From Octopus sinensis (Eukaryota), in the NCBI RefSeq assembly GCF_006345805.1, contig NC_043007.1, positions 4,588,001 to 4,652,000 on the forward strand: a stretch of DNA of 64,000 nucleotides, written 5' to 3'. The notes beneath the pieces are model-generated. The model did no database searches and was not told the origin of the DNA. It was given only the letters and a program-made list of their open reading frames with translations. Every line of letters begins with the position of its first letter. Within the stretch, counting starts at the first letter, position 1. The position numbers and the translations under genes were made by a program. This document shows positions 24,919 to 38,546 of the stretch, piece after piece.

Positions 24919-26156
24919 TGTGTGTGTATGTGTGTGTATTTCAGCATCTCTTTATTCCTTGTTGACTGTGGCCAGTTTATCCAATTTTGCATCTCTAGTC
25001 TTCAGTATTATCTGCTGTATGCCTAAGGCAACCTATTTCATTTGTTTGGTTAATGTTTACCAATGGGTCACCAATTATATGAAAGCTAATGTATTTCTTG
25101 AGCAGTTTGATATCGATGACCCCCAAATAGCGAACTCTTCCAGAAATTCATTAGCTTTCATATAAAAAAAAACAAAAGCTAATGTATTTCTTGAACAGCA
25201 GAAAGCAGTGCATGTGTCTCCCACCAAATTCAAATATCTCAGAAGTAACTTTGGTTAATTGTCTTAATTGTACTTAATATTTCTTAGTTAAATTTACTTA
25301 ACATTTTCCAGCTTGTTCACAAATAAAATAAATAGCTGTTGTTGTAGCTTGACTTTCTATAGAGTGGGTTGGAGAGTATGCGGTAAACAAAAGTTGGAGA
25401 GTTGACAACAGCTCCCAGTCCACTTATGGAGAGCAAAGTGTAGAGAGCGAGACTGTTGAGAGTGAGAGACATTATTGTCTTTTGTGAAAGTTTCTTTTTA
25501 AAAGCTTTCCAGATGGTAGATAAACTTTATGTATGTACTTAGCATACATGCATACATATAGGAATATTAAAGGAAATAGAGAAACACAATTGACATATTA
25601 ATTTATTAACATTATAATATAACATAATTATACTATAAAAAATATCACAAATAATTAAAACAAATATATGTTCTACTCAGACTTTCAGTTTTAGTATGGA
25701 GGCGCAATGCTGGTGAGTTTATGCCCCTGTATCTTAGCAGTTCGGCAAAAGAGATCGACAGAATAAGTACTAGGCTTACAAAGAATAAGTTCTGGGGTTT
25801 TTATTCCACTCTAAATGATTTGCAACGTTTGTTTTTGCATCAGATGGAATTCATTGAGGAATATATTTTAATGGCCTGATACCCTTCATCACACCAACTC
25901 TCACTTATTCATAAACAAGGTAATATTTTCCCATAGTCAGACATCTTTACATGGAGGACTGGAAAATAAAGGACCCTGCTTATATGACAGTGGTGCTTGT
26001 CTACAACTGTCTCATGATGTCAAAACAAAGAGAGAGAGAGACTCATATAGCATCTTTCTGTTTTTGTCTACCAAACCCCCAACAAGGCTTTGTTTGGAAA
26101 CTCCAGAGTATAGTAGAAAACGTGTAAATTTGGATTCATTCCCTAATATTTATTAT

Positions 26157-26195
<39 letters not shown>

Positions 26196-26684
26196 CATAT
26201 ATATATATCTGTATGTATGTATGTATGTTAGCAGTACTTATGGAAATTTTGCCATCCATTTTGTAATACAGTGTCAGCCATAAATATCTCTCTCCTCCAT
26301 AATAATAATAATAATCCTGTCAGTTCCTCCATGATCGTTTGCTTAATTTCAGTTCTCTGCATTCATGTTTTCTCTTCCAGCAAGTTTTCTCATCTGGTTT
26401 TCACAAAATATTCTTGCCTATCATCTTCTTCATCATTTTGCCTTCTTTCTTGATTAACAATTCTCATCTTTTCCCTATCAGCTTCATTAACACTTTATTC
26501 CTAATTTTTATTTCTTCTTTTTGCCCTTTCCCCTACCTTTCTCTCCCTTTTTGATTTAGTTCTTGCTATCCTTCTCTGTGATCGTTGTCCACTGTTACAC
26601 ACCAAACTCAATTTCAGTTATAAAATAACTTAAGAAGCACTTCATATTATAATAGGTTTTAACATGTGAATCCAGGACAATATA

Positions 26685-26726
<42 letters not shown>

Positions 26727-28492
26727 TTCACAAAATAGATTTAGATACAACCCAAAGCTACACTAAAGGGCCTCAGCCTAAGGTGTCATACGCTGCATGT
26801 TCATACCTGAGACTACATGGTTACAAAGCAAACTTCATACTTAAAAAACAATCAAACACTTGTGTTTCATATTTACTTCCAATGTTTTTTCAAATTGCCA
26901 CTTCATCAAAACTTGAAATTTACTGTAAAGACCCAAAGGTTTCTTTTCTTTTTCCCTCGGATTTTATCCTTAATTCTACTTTCAACTTCTCTTGATGTCT
27001 TTTATCAACAGTAATGTATCCCTCATGATGTTGGGACATCAAAATCCTTTTAAGCTGCAGACAAATTGCTTTGCAGGATTTAGCGACCATCTTTTACCAT
27101 TCCAAAATCCTGCTGGTATCGACTTAGCCTTTTGTCTTACAAGGATCGATAAAAGAAGGCACCAGTCAAGAAGGAGATAGATTCCTTTGACTCTAGCTTC
27201 ACCTAAATTTAAGGTCCTGAGCTCATGTAAGGAATGAAGTTCAGGTACCTCTTCTGATTTGCACAAAACCTAAGACTGGTAAAGCATCTTATTTTATTTT
27301 GCCTAGTTGTCTGAAATATTAGCTGGTTGTTTTGAAAGGAAGTTAACTATAATAGCTTGTTGTCCTATCCCAGGGGAAGATTCATCTCTTATTTGCTTAA
27401 CATTGCTGAAAGTGAAATCAGGTTAGGATTCATTTTAAAAAAGAATTTTTTGCTGTTTTTTTTTTGTTATGGCTTAATCAGGGTTTCTTTTCTTCTCTCC
27501 ATATTGACACTGGGGTGGACGTGCTTGAGTACAAAAGCTGAGTACATTTGCTTGCCTGCAATAGCAGTAGACTGCTCCATAAATGAGATTAGGAGATTAT
27601 TTAGCCACCCTGGTGACAGGCAACAAGAGTGTCAGTGTGCCGGGTGTGGGTCTGTGCAGGTGAGGTGAACCAGCAGCAGCAGTAGTAGTAGTAGTAGTAG
27701 TAGCAGTGGTAGGCATGGTAAATTTGTCATGTAAATAACACATAATGAAAGCCTGAGGAAATTAAATTAAGGAAACAAAATAAAAACCAAGAAAAGAAAG
27801 AAATACAGGGAGGGGTGGGCAGGTGGGTGGGTGAGTAAATTATAGAGTAGAAGACAAGAGATTTCCAAGTAAATATCATCGCAATGACTAAAGCTGATTG
27901 GAATGTGATGATGACTGATGACAAATGAGTGGACAACTACCGACTTTACTACACAACAATCATCACAGACATAAGAACGGCCAAGGGAGTGGGAAGAGCA
28001 ATAGCAGTAGTGGTGGTGGTGGTGGTGGTGGTAATGGAGGAGTGGTGGCAGGGGTGACAGTGATGTGAAGTTATTACAATGTTAATAACTTACCAGGACA
28101 CTAGTAAAAAGAAACGCTGGGGTGGAGATACACATTCAAACACACACACAAATACAGATCTGCACACACACACACATACATACACATTCAAACACATACA
28201 CATATACAGACCTGCATACACACACAGGTACACACACTTGCATGTGCACACACACACCCATGTATTGGATAAATTTTGGTGAGGAATAAACAAGAAAGAA
28301 AAAAAAAGACCGAACTAAAGAAAGTTGTAAATGTTAAGATATATTGTAACCAATGCTAATTAAGACATTAGAGTTTGTATTATAATTAAACAACATCTAA
28401 CACACCAAACTATTTTCTCTTTAATTACAAAAACCAAAAAAAAGTATAATTAGCAAATCTTACATAACCATTGCCTTTACACACAAACATGC

Positions 28493-28527
<35 letters not shown>

Positions 28528-29354
28528 CTGTTTTTTAACAAGCAGAACAAAGAATCTAGAGACGATAATTATTTTGTTTTCAACTTGATTCTAAAAATGG
28601 AAAATGTAAATACAGTGTTTTAACTGGCCGAGCTGAGCTGCTCAGGTGATTTTGTACTAAGGATCCCCCCCCCCCTCTACATAGAACCCACTCGTCCAAC
28701 CATTCCACCCGAAACCATCTTAAGGTAAGTGTTATGAGTGCTTTAGCACCAGGTCCTGGGACTGCCTGTCAACCAATGAATAATGTAATTTTGTCAGATT
28801 TTGCTAGTTGTTAAAGCCCATGGCCTAGTATTTAGAGGGTTCCTGATCATAAGACCATGGGTTCAATTCCTGGGTCAAGCAATGCTTTGTGTCATTGAGC
28901 AAGTCTTTTCATTTTTGCATTGCTCCATTCATTCAATTGTAATGAGTTGCAGCAGGCTGTGGTTGTTGCAGCTTTTTCTTTCGCTGCCATATTCTAGATT
29001 CTAGATGTCCCGTTGGATCAAAGGTGAGTAATAAGGGCATCTCTGTCTGTTTGTCACTAACTAGACATGTAAACAAGTAGCAAAAGCATAGCTAAGCAAA
29101 CCATACTCATTCATATATGACATCTGGCTGAAAGGGTTGGTACTAACCAGCTTCTTTGGTACTCAAGCCTACAAGCACACGTAAATGTAGCCCTGGTTCC
29201 TCCTTCTCCTCTCAGCCTTTACTCTATCTCTTACCTTCTAGACACTTCACCTCTTCCCTAAAAGACTTTGTCCAGTCATTACTCCACAAACCAGTGACCC
29301 CCCTCACACACACACCACCATCATCATCATTAACAATAACAACAACAAAATTAT

Positions 29355-29500
29355 TTGCACATCGAACAAAATGCCTGGTGGTATTTCTTCTGGCCTTTCA
29401 TTCTGTGTTCAAATGTTGCTGAGGTTGACTTTACCTGTCAACATTTCGGGGTTGATAGAATAAGTACCAGTTGAACACAGGGTTAGGGTTAGGGTTAGCA
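29355..29500 (+). mobile_element. SINE family A fragment ending in (GGTTAG)3
   Basis: gaggttgacttt..ttcggggttgatagaataagtaccag, then agggttagggttagggttag. Confidence 0.65.
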
Positions 29501-30047
29501 GAAAGAATTATTATCATCACTTCTTTTTTAGCAAAGCAAATATTTATGCTGCATCAATCATGTCAGCCTGGGTTCTTTCATGAAATCCTTCTCCTGCCTT
29601 TCTCAATTATCTAGGAAGTTCTTATCCAGTCATTTGGAATTGTACTCTATGAGCACATCATAGACATAAATCTCTCACTGGAATAGTTAGTTCCAAGAAG
29701 GTCTTGAACAGAGCAACACTACACTGTTCCAACATCAACCATCTAGGTTCACTCCTCTTCACTATGTCTGTGGGCTGAAGGTCATTTGTACAACCTTCTC
29801 AGTGCTTAGAGTGGTAAAACGTCCCATTTAAATAGCTTGCGGCATTGAGAGAATTGCAGGTCTTCGGCTTGCTTATGGAAAATGACTTCCAAGCCAGATT
29901 CTAAAAGTGGTAGGAATGCTGGAACCAGTGGATTGCTACGTAAAGTAACAATTTCAATGAAGGTGATGTTAAAACTTAGGTAAATAATTTTTTATCAATC
30001 ATGACTTGTCCAGGAACTTCTTCATACCAATATATATATATATATAT

Positions 30048-30522
30048 AAAATTTAAATAATGAGGGAGATAAATTGAATATTAATTTAATTAATATCAAT
30101 TTAAAACCAGTAGTCTAGCATATAAAAATCTGAAAAATCAGAGAACATTCCAATACATGTGTATATTTAGGGCTAAAAACCACTATGTGGACAGCCATAT
30201 GCTAGAAGTAGATCACATACGATCAAACTACAAAGAAAAAATGTTCTCCAGAGAAAATTCAGCGAACACCAGAACATAGGAATTTAGCGTGCCAGAACTC
30301 AGACATTTAAAATTAACCCCAATGTAATCGGTGGAACTAAGCACGTGTCTGTTTTTATACGGAAAACTGGTGGTTAGTTTTACAAATTATATTGATTTTG
30401 GAACGATCGTACTGATGAATCTACGGACGACGGATTACGTAAGTAATTTATTCGGTAATAGACGAAACTGGTATACGATTAATTCTTGATTTTTATATAA
30501 TTTTCATCTGTCTTACACGCCT
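30048..30522. mobile_element. (TA)n-flanked element carrying a hammerhead with a long stem II
   Basis: CpG-rich insert between TA tracts; left part homologous to 61718-61860. Confidence 0.7.
30406..30479 (+). ncRNA. Type-I hammerhead ribozyme motif (family 4)
   Basis: Stem I ATCGTA/TACGAT; CTGATGA at 30412; stem II TCTA..TAGA enclosing ATTAC-gtaa-GTAAT; GAAAC-TG-GTA with predicted cleavage after 30473. Confidence 0.85.
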
Positions 30523-30799
30523 ATATATATATTACACACACACACACATTTTTTCATTGGTGATAATGAAAAAGTGAAGTGTTCTGTTCTGATATTGAGA
30601 GCAAGTTTTTTCTAGGTTAATCCAGTGTCCTGTTATTCTAGAATCTCCTCATGTCTGAGGAACTGACTGCACATTAACACAGCTCTAGATTATCATGCCA
30701 CCAGATTAACTTAAATAAACTCTGTGTGTGTGTGTGTGTGTGGACGTATGTGTTTTACATTCACAAGGAATCCCCCAACAGTGACATATAGATACAATA

Positions 30800-31010
30800 A
30801 TAGTTTCAAATTTTGGCAAAAGGCCAGAAATTTTGAGGGGAGGGGCTAATTCAGTTACATTGACCCCCACTGCTCAACTGGTACTTATTTTATCGTCCTT
30901 GAAAGGATGAAAGGGAGAGTCAACCAGAACAGAACTTGAACTCAGAACACCAAGATGGCTGTAATGCCACTAAGCATCTCACCCAGTATGCTAATGATTC
31001 TGTCAGCTCC
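30800..31010 (-). mobile_element. SINE family A, diverged
   Basis: caactggtacttattttatcg..gaaaggatgaaagg..ttgaactcagaac on the plus strand. Confidence 0.75.
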
Positions 31011-32338
31011 CCATCTATGTTGATGCAATAAAGTGTGTATATGTTTATCCCACGTATTTCAGAAGAGTCACTTCTGTAATCAGGGAGAAGATTAATCAAT
31101 TCATGTTTCCTCTGAGTTTATATTATCGTACGCAGATATATTGTACGCACACACACATACGTATATTTATTATTTGATATGATATACATACACACACACA
31201 TATATATATACACACATATATACATACACTTATATATATATTTATTATTTGATATGATACACACACACATATATATATACATACATACATAGTATTCAGT
31301 TGTGTCTCTGCTTGTGTTCTACGTTCCTCTCTGTCGAGTATATTTTGGCTTTCATCCATTCAGGGAGTAATGAAACAAGTAGCAGTGGAAAGGGTTCTAA
31401 TCACTCCTCCAAACCTCAGTTCTTGCAAAGGCTGACCTCGGATCAAAGGCAGCTGAAATCAAAATCAAAATCAATAAGCTGGTATGTTTATGTTAATTGC
31501 TTCAACCTATTTACTTAGATTCATTAAGCAGTAATACATAGACATTTTCTCAGTTATATATTATTACTGCTGTTTAATAATAATAATAATAATATGCAGG
31601 AATAAGGAACGTGTGTGTTAAGTTCTGTATCTTGAGACTCAGTCCGCTCACAAATATTAAGGTGTTTTAGGGCATGTGAAGGGCGTATGTGGAGCTTATG
31701 CTGTTTAGCATAATTGAATATTATTTTTTGTTCTAGATTTCTGATAAAATGCGAGAACATATGTAACAAAATATAATAAACAAGTAACAAAAAGAAGGAT
31801 GTTATTGCTAATGATTTATGTAGGGGGGGGGGAATAAAAAGTGAAACACAAATGAAACATAACATAATAATGAAGATGATTTGGATATTATTGATTTACA
31901 TTAATTAAATTATAGCATAATTAATTTAATTACTGAAAACTGTCATGTGCCTTGAAACATTCCAGAGGTCATTTTTGAAATAGAATGTATTGTTTTATCA
32001 AAGTGTATTGTGGAAAGCAGATGCTGTTAGTGTATCAGTAGGGAGCTGAATGGCTTTGTGGTTTGTATTATCCTGTCATTGGTTTTCAATTGCTTCTGGT
32101 GAAGGTAGTTAACTTCCAACTAACGTATATATTTACCCACAACCCAAGTTACAACCCCCCACTTTCTCCCCCTTGCTATCAGATGGAAAGAAATGGCCTG
32201 AAGCTTTCAATTCTTTAGTTTCCATAGCAATTGTAATTACTAAACTCTTCGATGAACCCTCTTTTCAACCATTCTCTCCACTTAGATGTGTGAATTTTCA
32301 CTACTCTGTGTACCACGGAGTAGTGAAAATTTACTGTT

Positions 32339-32557
32339 TTAACCCTTTCGTTACCAACCCAGCTGAAACCGCCCCTGGCTTTGTAGTACAAATGTCTTGT
32401 TCTGAATTAAAATCTCCCACCAAACCTTCATCACAATTTATGTTCCTAACACTAGCTTAATGATAACGAAGTTGTTTTACTAAATTCTTTGTTATATTTA
32501 AAGTAATTGAAAGAAACACAGAGCATCTCAAAATAAATACAGTAAGGAAAGGGTTAA
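32339..32557 (-). mobile_element. piggyBac-type MITE
   Basis: TTAA-CCCTTTCGTTAC...GAAAGGG-TTAA; reverse complement of 8866-9084. Confidence 0.85.
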
Positions 32558-33699
32558 ACAACATAAGTATTCTAAAAGTAATGAGATTTCAAAAGGTTTT
32601 GTTGCTAAGTTCAACTTCTCCATGCAGTTACTTGACCAGTTAGAAATATCAGCCAATTTCATTTTATATCTGACTATTTCGTCTTTGAAATTAAGTAACG
32701 CATGATATAAACAATATGAGAGATCATTCTATGGATCTCTTGTATGCTAAAAATAGATGTCAAACCATCTAACCACTAAATCTGTGTTCTCAATTTAGTA
32801 AGACGCTAGATGTTAATGAGTCAGACAAATGTAAGGAAATAAACACAGCACTTCATTCCATAGCTTAAGATTTCAACATGAACAATTCAACAATTGTGTG
32901 TGTCTCCTCAGTGAAATTGGTGCTGACACAACAATGGAACTGGACACAACCCATCTCCGTGAGAGGATACAAATATATACAGACTTCCAATGTCATGTAT
33001 TTAAATTCCGATTCCAACGCCCTCTTACTAGCACAGTAAACTAGAAAACAACTGCAGTGAATGATATTCAGCAGTGAATCAACTGGCTAGAGAACACAGA
33101 TATATGGAATTAAATGATAAGAGTAGAAATTAATATTATATGTCATAGACATATGATATCTGAAAATTGGGGTGGTCATGACTGGAATGCCTTTAAGTAT
33201 AAACCTGCTTGACCAAGGCAGACTTTTGACTAACCAAGTTTTCTCATAGATATAGCTTAAAGAAAAGTGCCTTCTACCAGGCACACAACAGAAAGTAATG
33301 TACTTATATTGAGATCTCACAGGGAACAGAGAAGTCCAAACTGATTACAGGTAACCCTAAAAATCCCTAATATTAATTCATTCACTGAAGGCCACTGGTA
33401 GACTTTGGTTTGTAAGAAAGACAAATTTCGTCTCAGACAGGCATCTAGATTATTATGGTAATCTTATCTTCATGGCTTAGCAACTGTCCGATAGAGAGAT
33501 TAGCTCAAGTAATAGATATTTATGGTCTTAGTCCAGAAAATGACAATGCAATATCTACAGTGGATTATTGAATAAAGATCTTAATTATTATAACTGAATG
33601 CTAATTTGAAATCTGTAAAGATCAAAAATTGGATTTTAAATCACAAAAGTTAAATCCTTCTGGCTAACTTAGAAGAAAGTCATTTTTATTTATATAAAG

Positions 33700-34072
33700 C
33701 TGTGTGGCACGTTGGGCAAACGACTCATACTCTAACCAAAGACCAACCAATGCTTTTCAGGTGAATGTCATAGTCGGAAACTGTGTGGAAGACCATTATG
33801 TGTATGTACACATGCACACACATACATGTATGTGTATGTGTGTGCATACATGTATGTGTGTGTATTTGTGTTTGTCTCCTGTTACTTGAAAACCAACTGG
33901 TGTTGGTTTGTTTTTGTTCTTGAAGCTGACTGGTTCAGCAAAAGGGACCAATAGAATAAGTCCCAGACTTAAAATACAGACTGAGATTGATTTGTTTGAC
34001 TAACTCCACCCCCACCCCCCAGGAGGTGCCCCAGCATGGCCACACTAAACAGTGACTGAAAAAATGAAAAAA
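33700..34072 (+). mobile_element. SINE family B, 5'-truncated
   Basis: gtggcacgttgggcaaa..ggaaactgtgtggaag..tagaataagt..ccagcatggccac. Confidence 0.7.
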
Positions 34073-35234
34073 AATACATCTTTTCCATTTTGGACACAAA
34101 GCTGTTGAACGATGACAAAAAACTTTTCATCAGTTATATTGTAATTTCATCATGGTGGTGCTCCAGCATGACCACAGCCACCTGGCTGAAACACATAAAA
34201 GAATAAAAGACGAAATAAATGAATAAACAAACTCTCGTATCATGTTTGACTGTTTGTAGTCAGTGGGGTATCTTTACAATTATTGACTTCGGGAAAGAAG
34301 GCAATGTGAGGAATCGGATTTGTGGTGTCTGTGAATTTACCGAGAGAATTAGCCTCACCAATCGATTGATATGTGGCAATAGCCTGAAATCAAAAGTGTG
34401 AGTAACAAAAATCAGTTTGCTTGAAGCTTGCATCAGCTCTATGAAATGAAACGAATTATACCAAGAATCCTTCTGGCTAACTTAGAAGAAAGTCATTTAA
34501 ATTTATATAAAGATATATTTTTTCTAAATGGATTTTGGAAATATTCAAATGTACATCAAATTATGTGCTGCAAGACATAGAGAGATATTTGAAAAGGATT
34601 CTTGCAAAGAGAATGCTGACAGATCGGAAAAGTATTAGAACTGCTAATGCCTTGAAAGTATATCATTTCAATGAGCAGATCTCTACGTTTTCCTCTGTCA
34701 TATGGAAGATTACATAAATAATTGCCTGGAATTTTATTTATTAAAAACTGGGAGCCAACAAAACTTGTGCCGTGGTTGTATGATGAAGCAAGAACAGAGT
34801 CAGTCAAATCTTCTGTCTTGGCTCAATTCTGTTCAGAGTTTATTTCCGAAACATCATTTGCATACGATTGCAATCAACAAGTTGAATCAATGGATATTTT
34901 CAGTTCTATTTCATAATGAGCCTAAATCCCAGTGAATTACCCATTAAATAGGCTGTCTCTGTAATCTGTTAACAGCTGGATTATTCACCCACATTTGCTT
35001 CCTCCCACAATTCTATTATTAAATTTCATCTATAGTGTTTATAGTTCGTTGACATGTTTTTCAAGTCTTGAATTATGTCCAAAATAATTAAGTAAACTTT
35101 GAAACGATAACCACTAAAATAGCAATATAAACTATGAAGGAATATATATGTGTGTGTGTGTGTGTGTTAAATAAGATGAGGCAACAAAGCCAAGGCTGTG
35201 GAGAATTTTCAGGACATTTATAATGAGAAAGTTA

Positions 35235-35282
35235 GTCTTACAGCTGTTTCTGGGATATTAGGGATATCGCTTCATCAGAAAC
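35235..35282 (-). ncRNA. Minimal hammerhead motif (family 5)
   Basis: Minus strand: GTTT CTGATGA A GCGATAT-cccta-ATATCCC A GAAACAGCTGTA AGAC; palindromic stem III ACAGCTGT and GUA triplet. Confidence 0.75.
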
Positions 35283-35602
35283 AATGTGAGATGGTTAAAT
35301 AGAGGGAAATATTAGAGTTCAATATAAAGAGTTATTTGACCTTTTCCTTTTGACCTCTCTCCTCATTTTAACATTCACATCTCCCCTCTCTATCCACTGA
35401 ATACAACCACTTCATTCTCAAATTTTCATTCACACCACAAGACCCCTTTGAATGAACAGCACATGGAATCTGTGGCTCCACACTTTCCATTTGTAATTAC
35501 AAAATATCAACCCCTATTGGAATTTACATACCATGGACAAGAAGCATTTTTACCATTTCTACACACCAATTTCCTATACTCCTATTTCCTTATATATATA
35601 TA

Positions 35603-36112
35603 CTAGCAGTATCGCCCGGCGTTGCTCGGGTTTGTAAGGGAAATAACTATATAAGCATTTTTAGAGAGTTACTTCCCTTATAGATGCCAATTCGGGCTTT
35701 CTTAGCCATTTCTGTTTTGGTGTCTTCAAGCCATGAAGTCGTTGTTCTAAAAGAACACTGGTCTCCTTGACAACGCATTACGACGTTGATTTCTTTACAC
35801 TCCCTTCCCCACAGCTTCACGAGGGAGGGAAGGGGGAGAAGCAAACAGGTGCAGCTGTGAGCGTGGACGCCAACTCTGCCGCCATCGACACACGAAAAAT
35901 TATGCATTAAAATGGAATAAAAAATGATGTTAAATTATTTTTAAAATCGTAGACTCATCGTTGACACACGCTAATAGCCAGATGGGCTCGATATGAATCA
36001 CGACTATAAGATACCCGAATTTGGTTAAAGTGCACCGCAAAATGTGGGAGGAGTTAGGAATCTAAATCGAAGGGGACAGACACTCACACAACTAGAGTTT
36101 TATATATATAGA
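35603..36112 (-). mobile_element. Non-autonomous Helitron
   Basis: Minus strand starts A|TCTATATATAT, has subterminal hairpin CCCGAGCAACGCCGGG, and ends CTAG|T; no TSD; CpG-rich, so probably young. Confidence 0.9.
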
Positions 36113-36298
36113 TATGTATATATATATATATATATATTGGATAATAAAACAAATGGTTTATACCTGGTAGCTTATTGGTAAAGCATGATCACTTTCACAT
36201 TGATCGTTATGTATATGGCAAATGAGAGATTGATGCTAGATGTGTCGAAACAATTGTCGTGATTAATGAATTCTCATATATTCCATCTTTCATTTGCC

Positions 36299-36329
<31 letters not shown>

Positions 36330-38360
36330 CGTGTGTAGGATATAGTAACTGAATGTATCATTTTTAAATGAGTAGAATATCTTAGTGGAAAGCGTGGTCA
36401 TATGTGACAAAGAATTATTAATTGAACTAAAAGATCCATGGATAACAACTGACATTAGAAAGGGACACGCATAATACCAAGCAAATAGTATTTATATTAA
36501 AAGTCGTGCTCTCCATTTCTTTTCAGAAGTATGAGCACGTACAGGACCATTGTGTTATTTTCCATCAGTTCTTCTTCCATGTCTAATTCAAATTTAGACT
36601 TTCACTTATTGTTAAAGAATAAATTGCTTTAGACATTTGAGTGGAAATATCATCTTGCTAGTGTGATATCTAACAAGGCAGCCTCTACAGACAAATGAGG
36701 GAGATTGTACAGACTAATGAGGGAGAACCTCGATAGGTTAGCATTAAAGCTTCTGCATGAGTTAATGAGGCAGCCTCTATGTGATCACTCCAATCTGCAA
36801 GAAATTGCAGCCGAATTTCCCTCATATCAAAACTTGCCAGCTTAGAAATAGGAAGGCCATTTTGATGAATATATTCATAGACACACTCCTTAACAAAAAA
36901 TAAAAAAGATGAGATGAGCTTCTATGGAATTACTTGATTCTAAACAATAACAACTTAGAGCTAAATGAACTGAACCATTATTTCAGGGTTAAGTGGCCAT
37001 GAGAAGGAATTGGTGCCAGTAATAGTATATTAACAACAACCAAAAAATCTATTAAAAATGTATTCAATTGTCTGCCATGTTCCTGCATATCTTTTGCTTT
37101 TCTAAGAAGCATCATGGAAATGTTTATGTGGTCAAAAGAACTGCAAGAAATAACCACGTTTCGCTAAATTTAAATCCTGTTCTCTGTTGAATAATGTAGT
37201 TCTAAATACAGAATGTCTTAAAGATGGGATTGTCATGGTTGGACTACCTTTGATTGTAAGTCTACTCAATCCAGGCTGATCTGTGGTTTAAGCTGCAACA
37301 ACCTCCAGTGGTTTTGTCAGTAAAAGTGGAAGCAGACCTTGGTACCATAAAGGAATGAGATGACAGTGGTTGAATGTGGGATGGGTTTTCAGGCTGGGAA
37401 GTGTTGCTGCCAGTGGCAAAGTGGCAGAGTGGATGAGATGAATAAAGGAATAAATCTAGAAAAGAATTGACAAAAGGGAATGTCAAAAACTGAGAGAAAA
37501 CACAAAAGGGAAACTCAACAAGGAGAGAAAAGAAATGAGAGAGAGAGAACAATAAGATAAAATTGTATAAATTGCAAGGAGGCAAATTAATGTGGATCCA
37601 TTGTTGTAAAAGTATTAAGTAATGCTTATATATCTGCATTTTAACAGCACCCAGAAAAAAAAAGGTGCATTTTTATACAGTTAATATTGCATTGTATTGT
37701 TTCAAGACAAAATGGTTAATATTTTAAAATTCAAATTTTGCTCTGGAGAATTCATTTTCTGATAACATTGGAGAAGATTAAGGTTTTTAAAAATAATTAA
37801 TTATTGTTCAGTCTTCGTTTTGTTTGTTTCGTTCAAGTGTTGTCAGAATTTTCTTGAGTCTCTCGATTTTACTGTCGTTATATTCAGTATTACCATTGTT
37901 GCTGTGTTCAATGGATTCACTAGTAAATGCAAACCGCAGTTTAATGTGCATATATGTACCTGAGGCTGCATACGGTCTCAGGAAAATAGTGATGTCTGAC
38001 AGTAATCATTTGATTTTACACCAAATTAATTTTTATTTATAAAACTGATTAACTGAAATCTCTAAATCTTCTGACTTTTTACTGAAACACATATTCTCCC
38101 ATTTATTACGCACATATCCATCAACAATGTCACATCCACATGTGCTGCAATTTCATCGAAAATGTAGGTCAATTGTTAATGTGGCTCAGGTATAAATACA
38201 TCTTATCCCCACACAATACCTCAGACACATGGGGACAGCAATGTTGTATACACTTGTCCTGCAAAATCATTGGCAGGTAACTTTATTATAAATGTGCCTC
38301 AACACCAGATGTTCACACTTGCTGTCACCATGTGCAGTTAAATATAATATGTACCCCAAA

Positions 38361-38546
38361 CATGTTAAATAAAATCTGTACCTAGTATAGCTAGGGGACT
38401 GGTAGGGGCAGTCTGCCCCAGGCAGCACTTTTAAAGAGGCACCACTTTTGGATCTGCTGTAGGCAGTATGTGTTTTTTGTGGGGTCTAGGGGTGGTGGTA
38501 AATGGAAGGGCCACCCTGGATGGTACACACTCTAGCTACACTAGTG
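38361..38546. mobile_element. GC-rich MITE, probably hAT-type
   Basis: TIR ctagtatagctag/ctagctacactag. The 8-mer accccaaa occurs at 38353-38360 and 38547-38554; the left TIR is interrupted by a local duplication. Confidence 0.55.
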
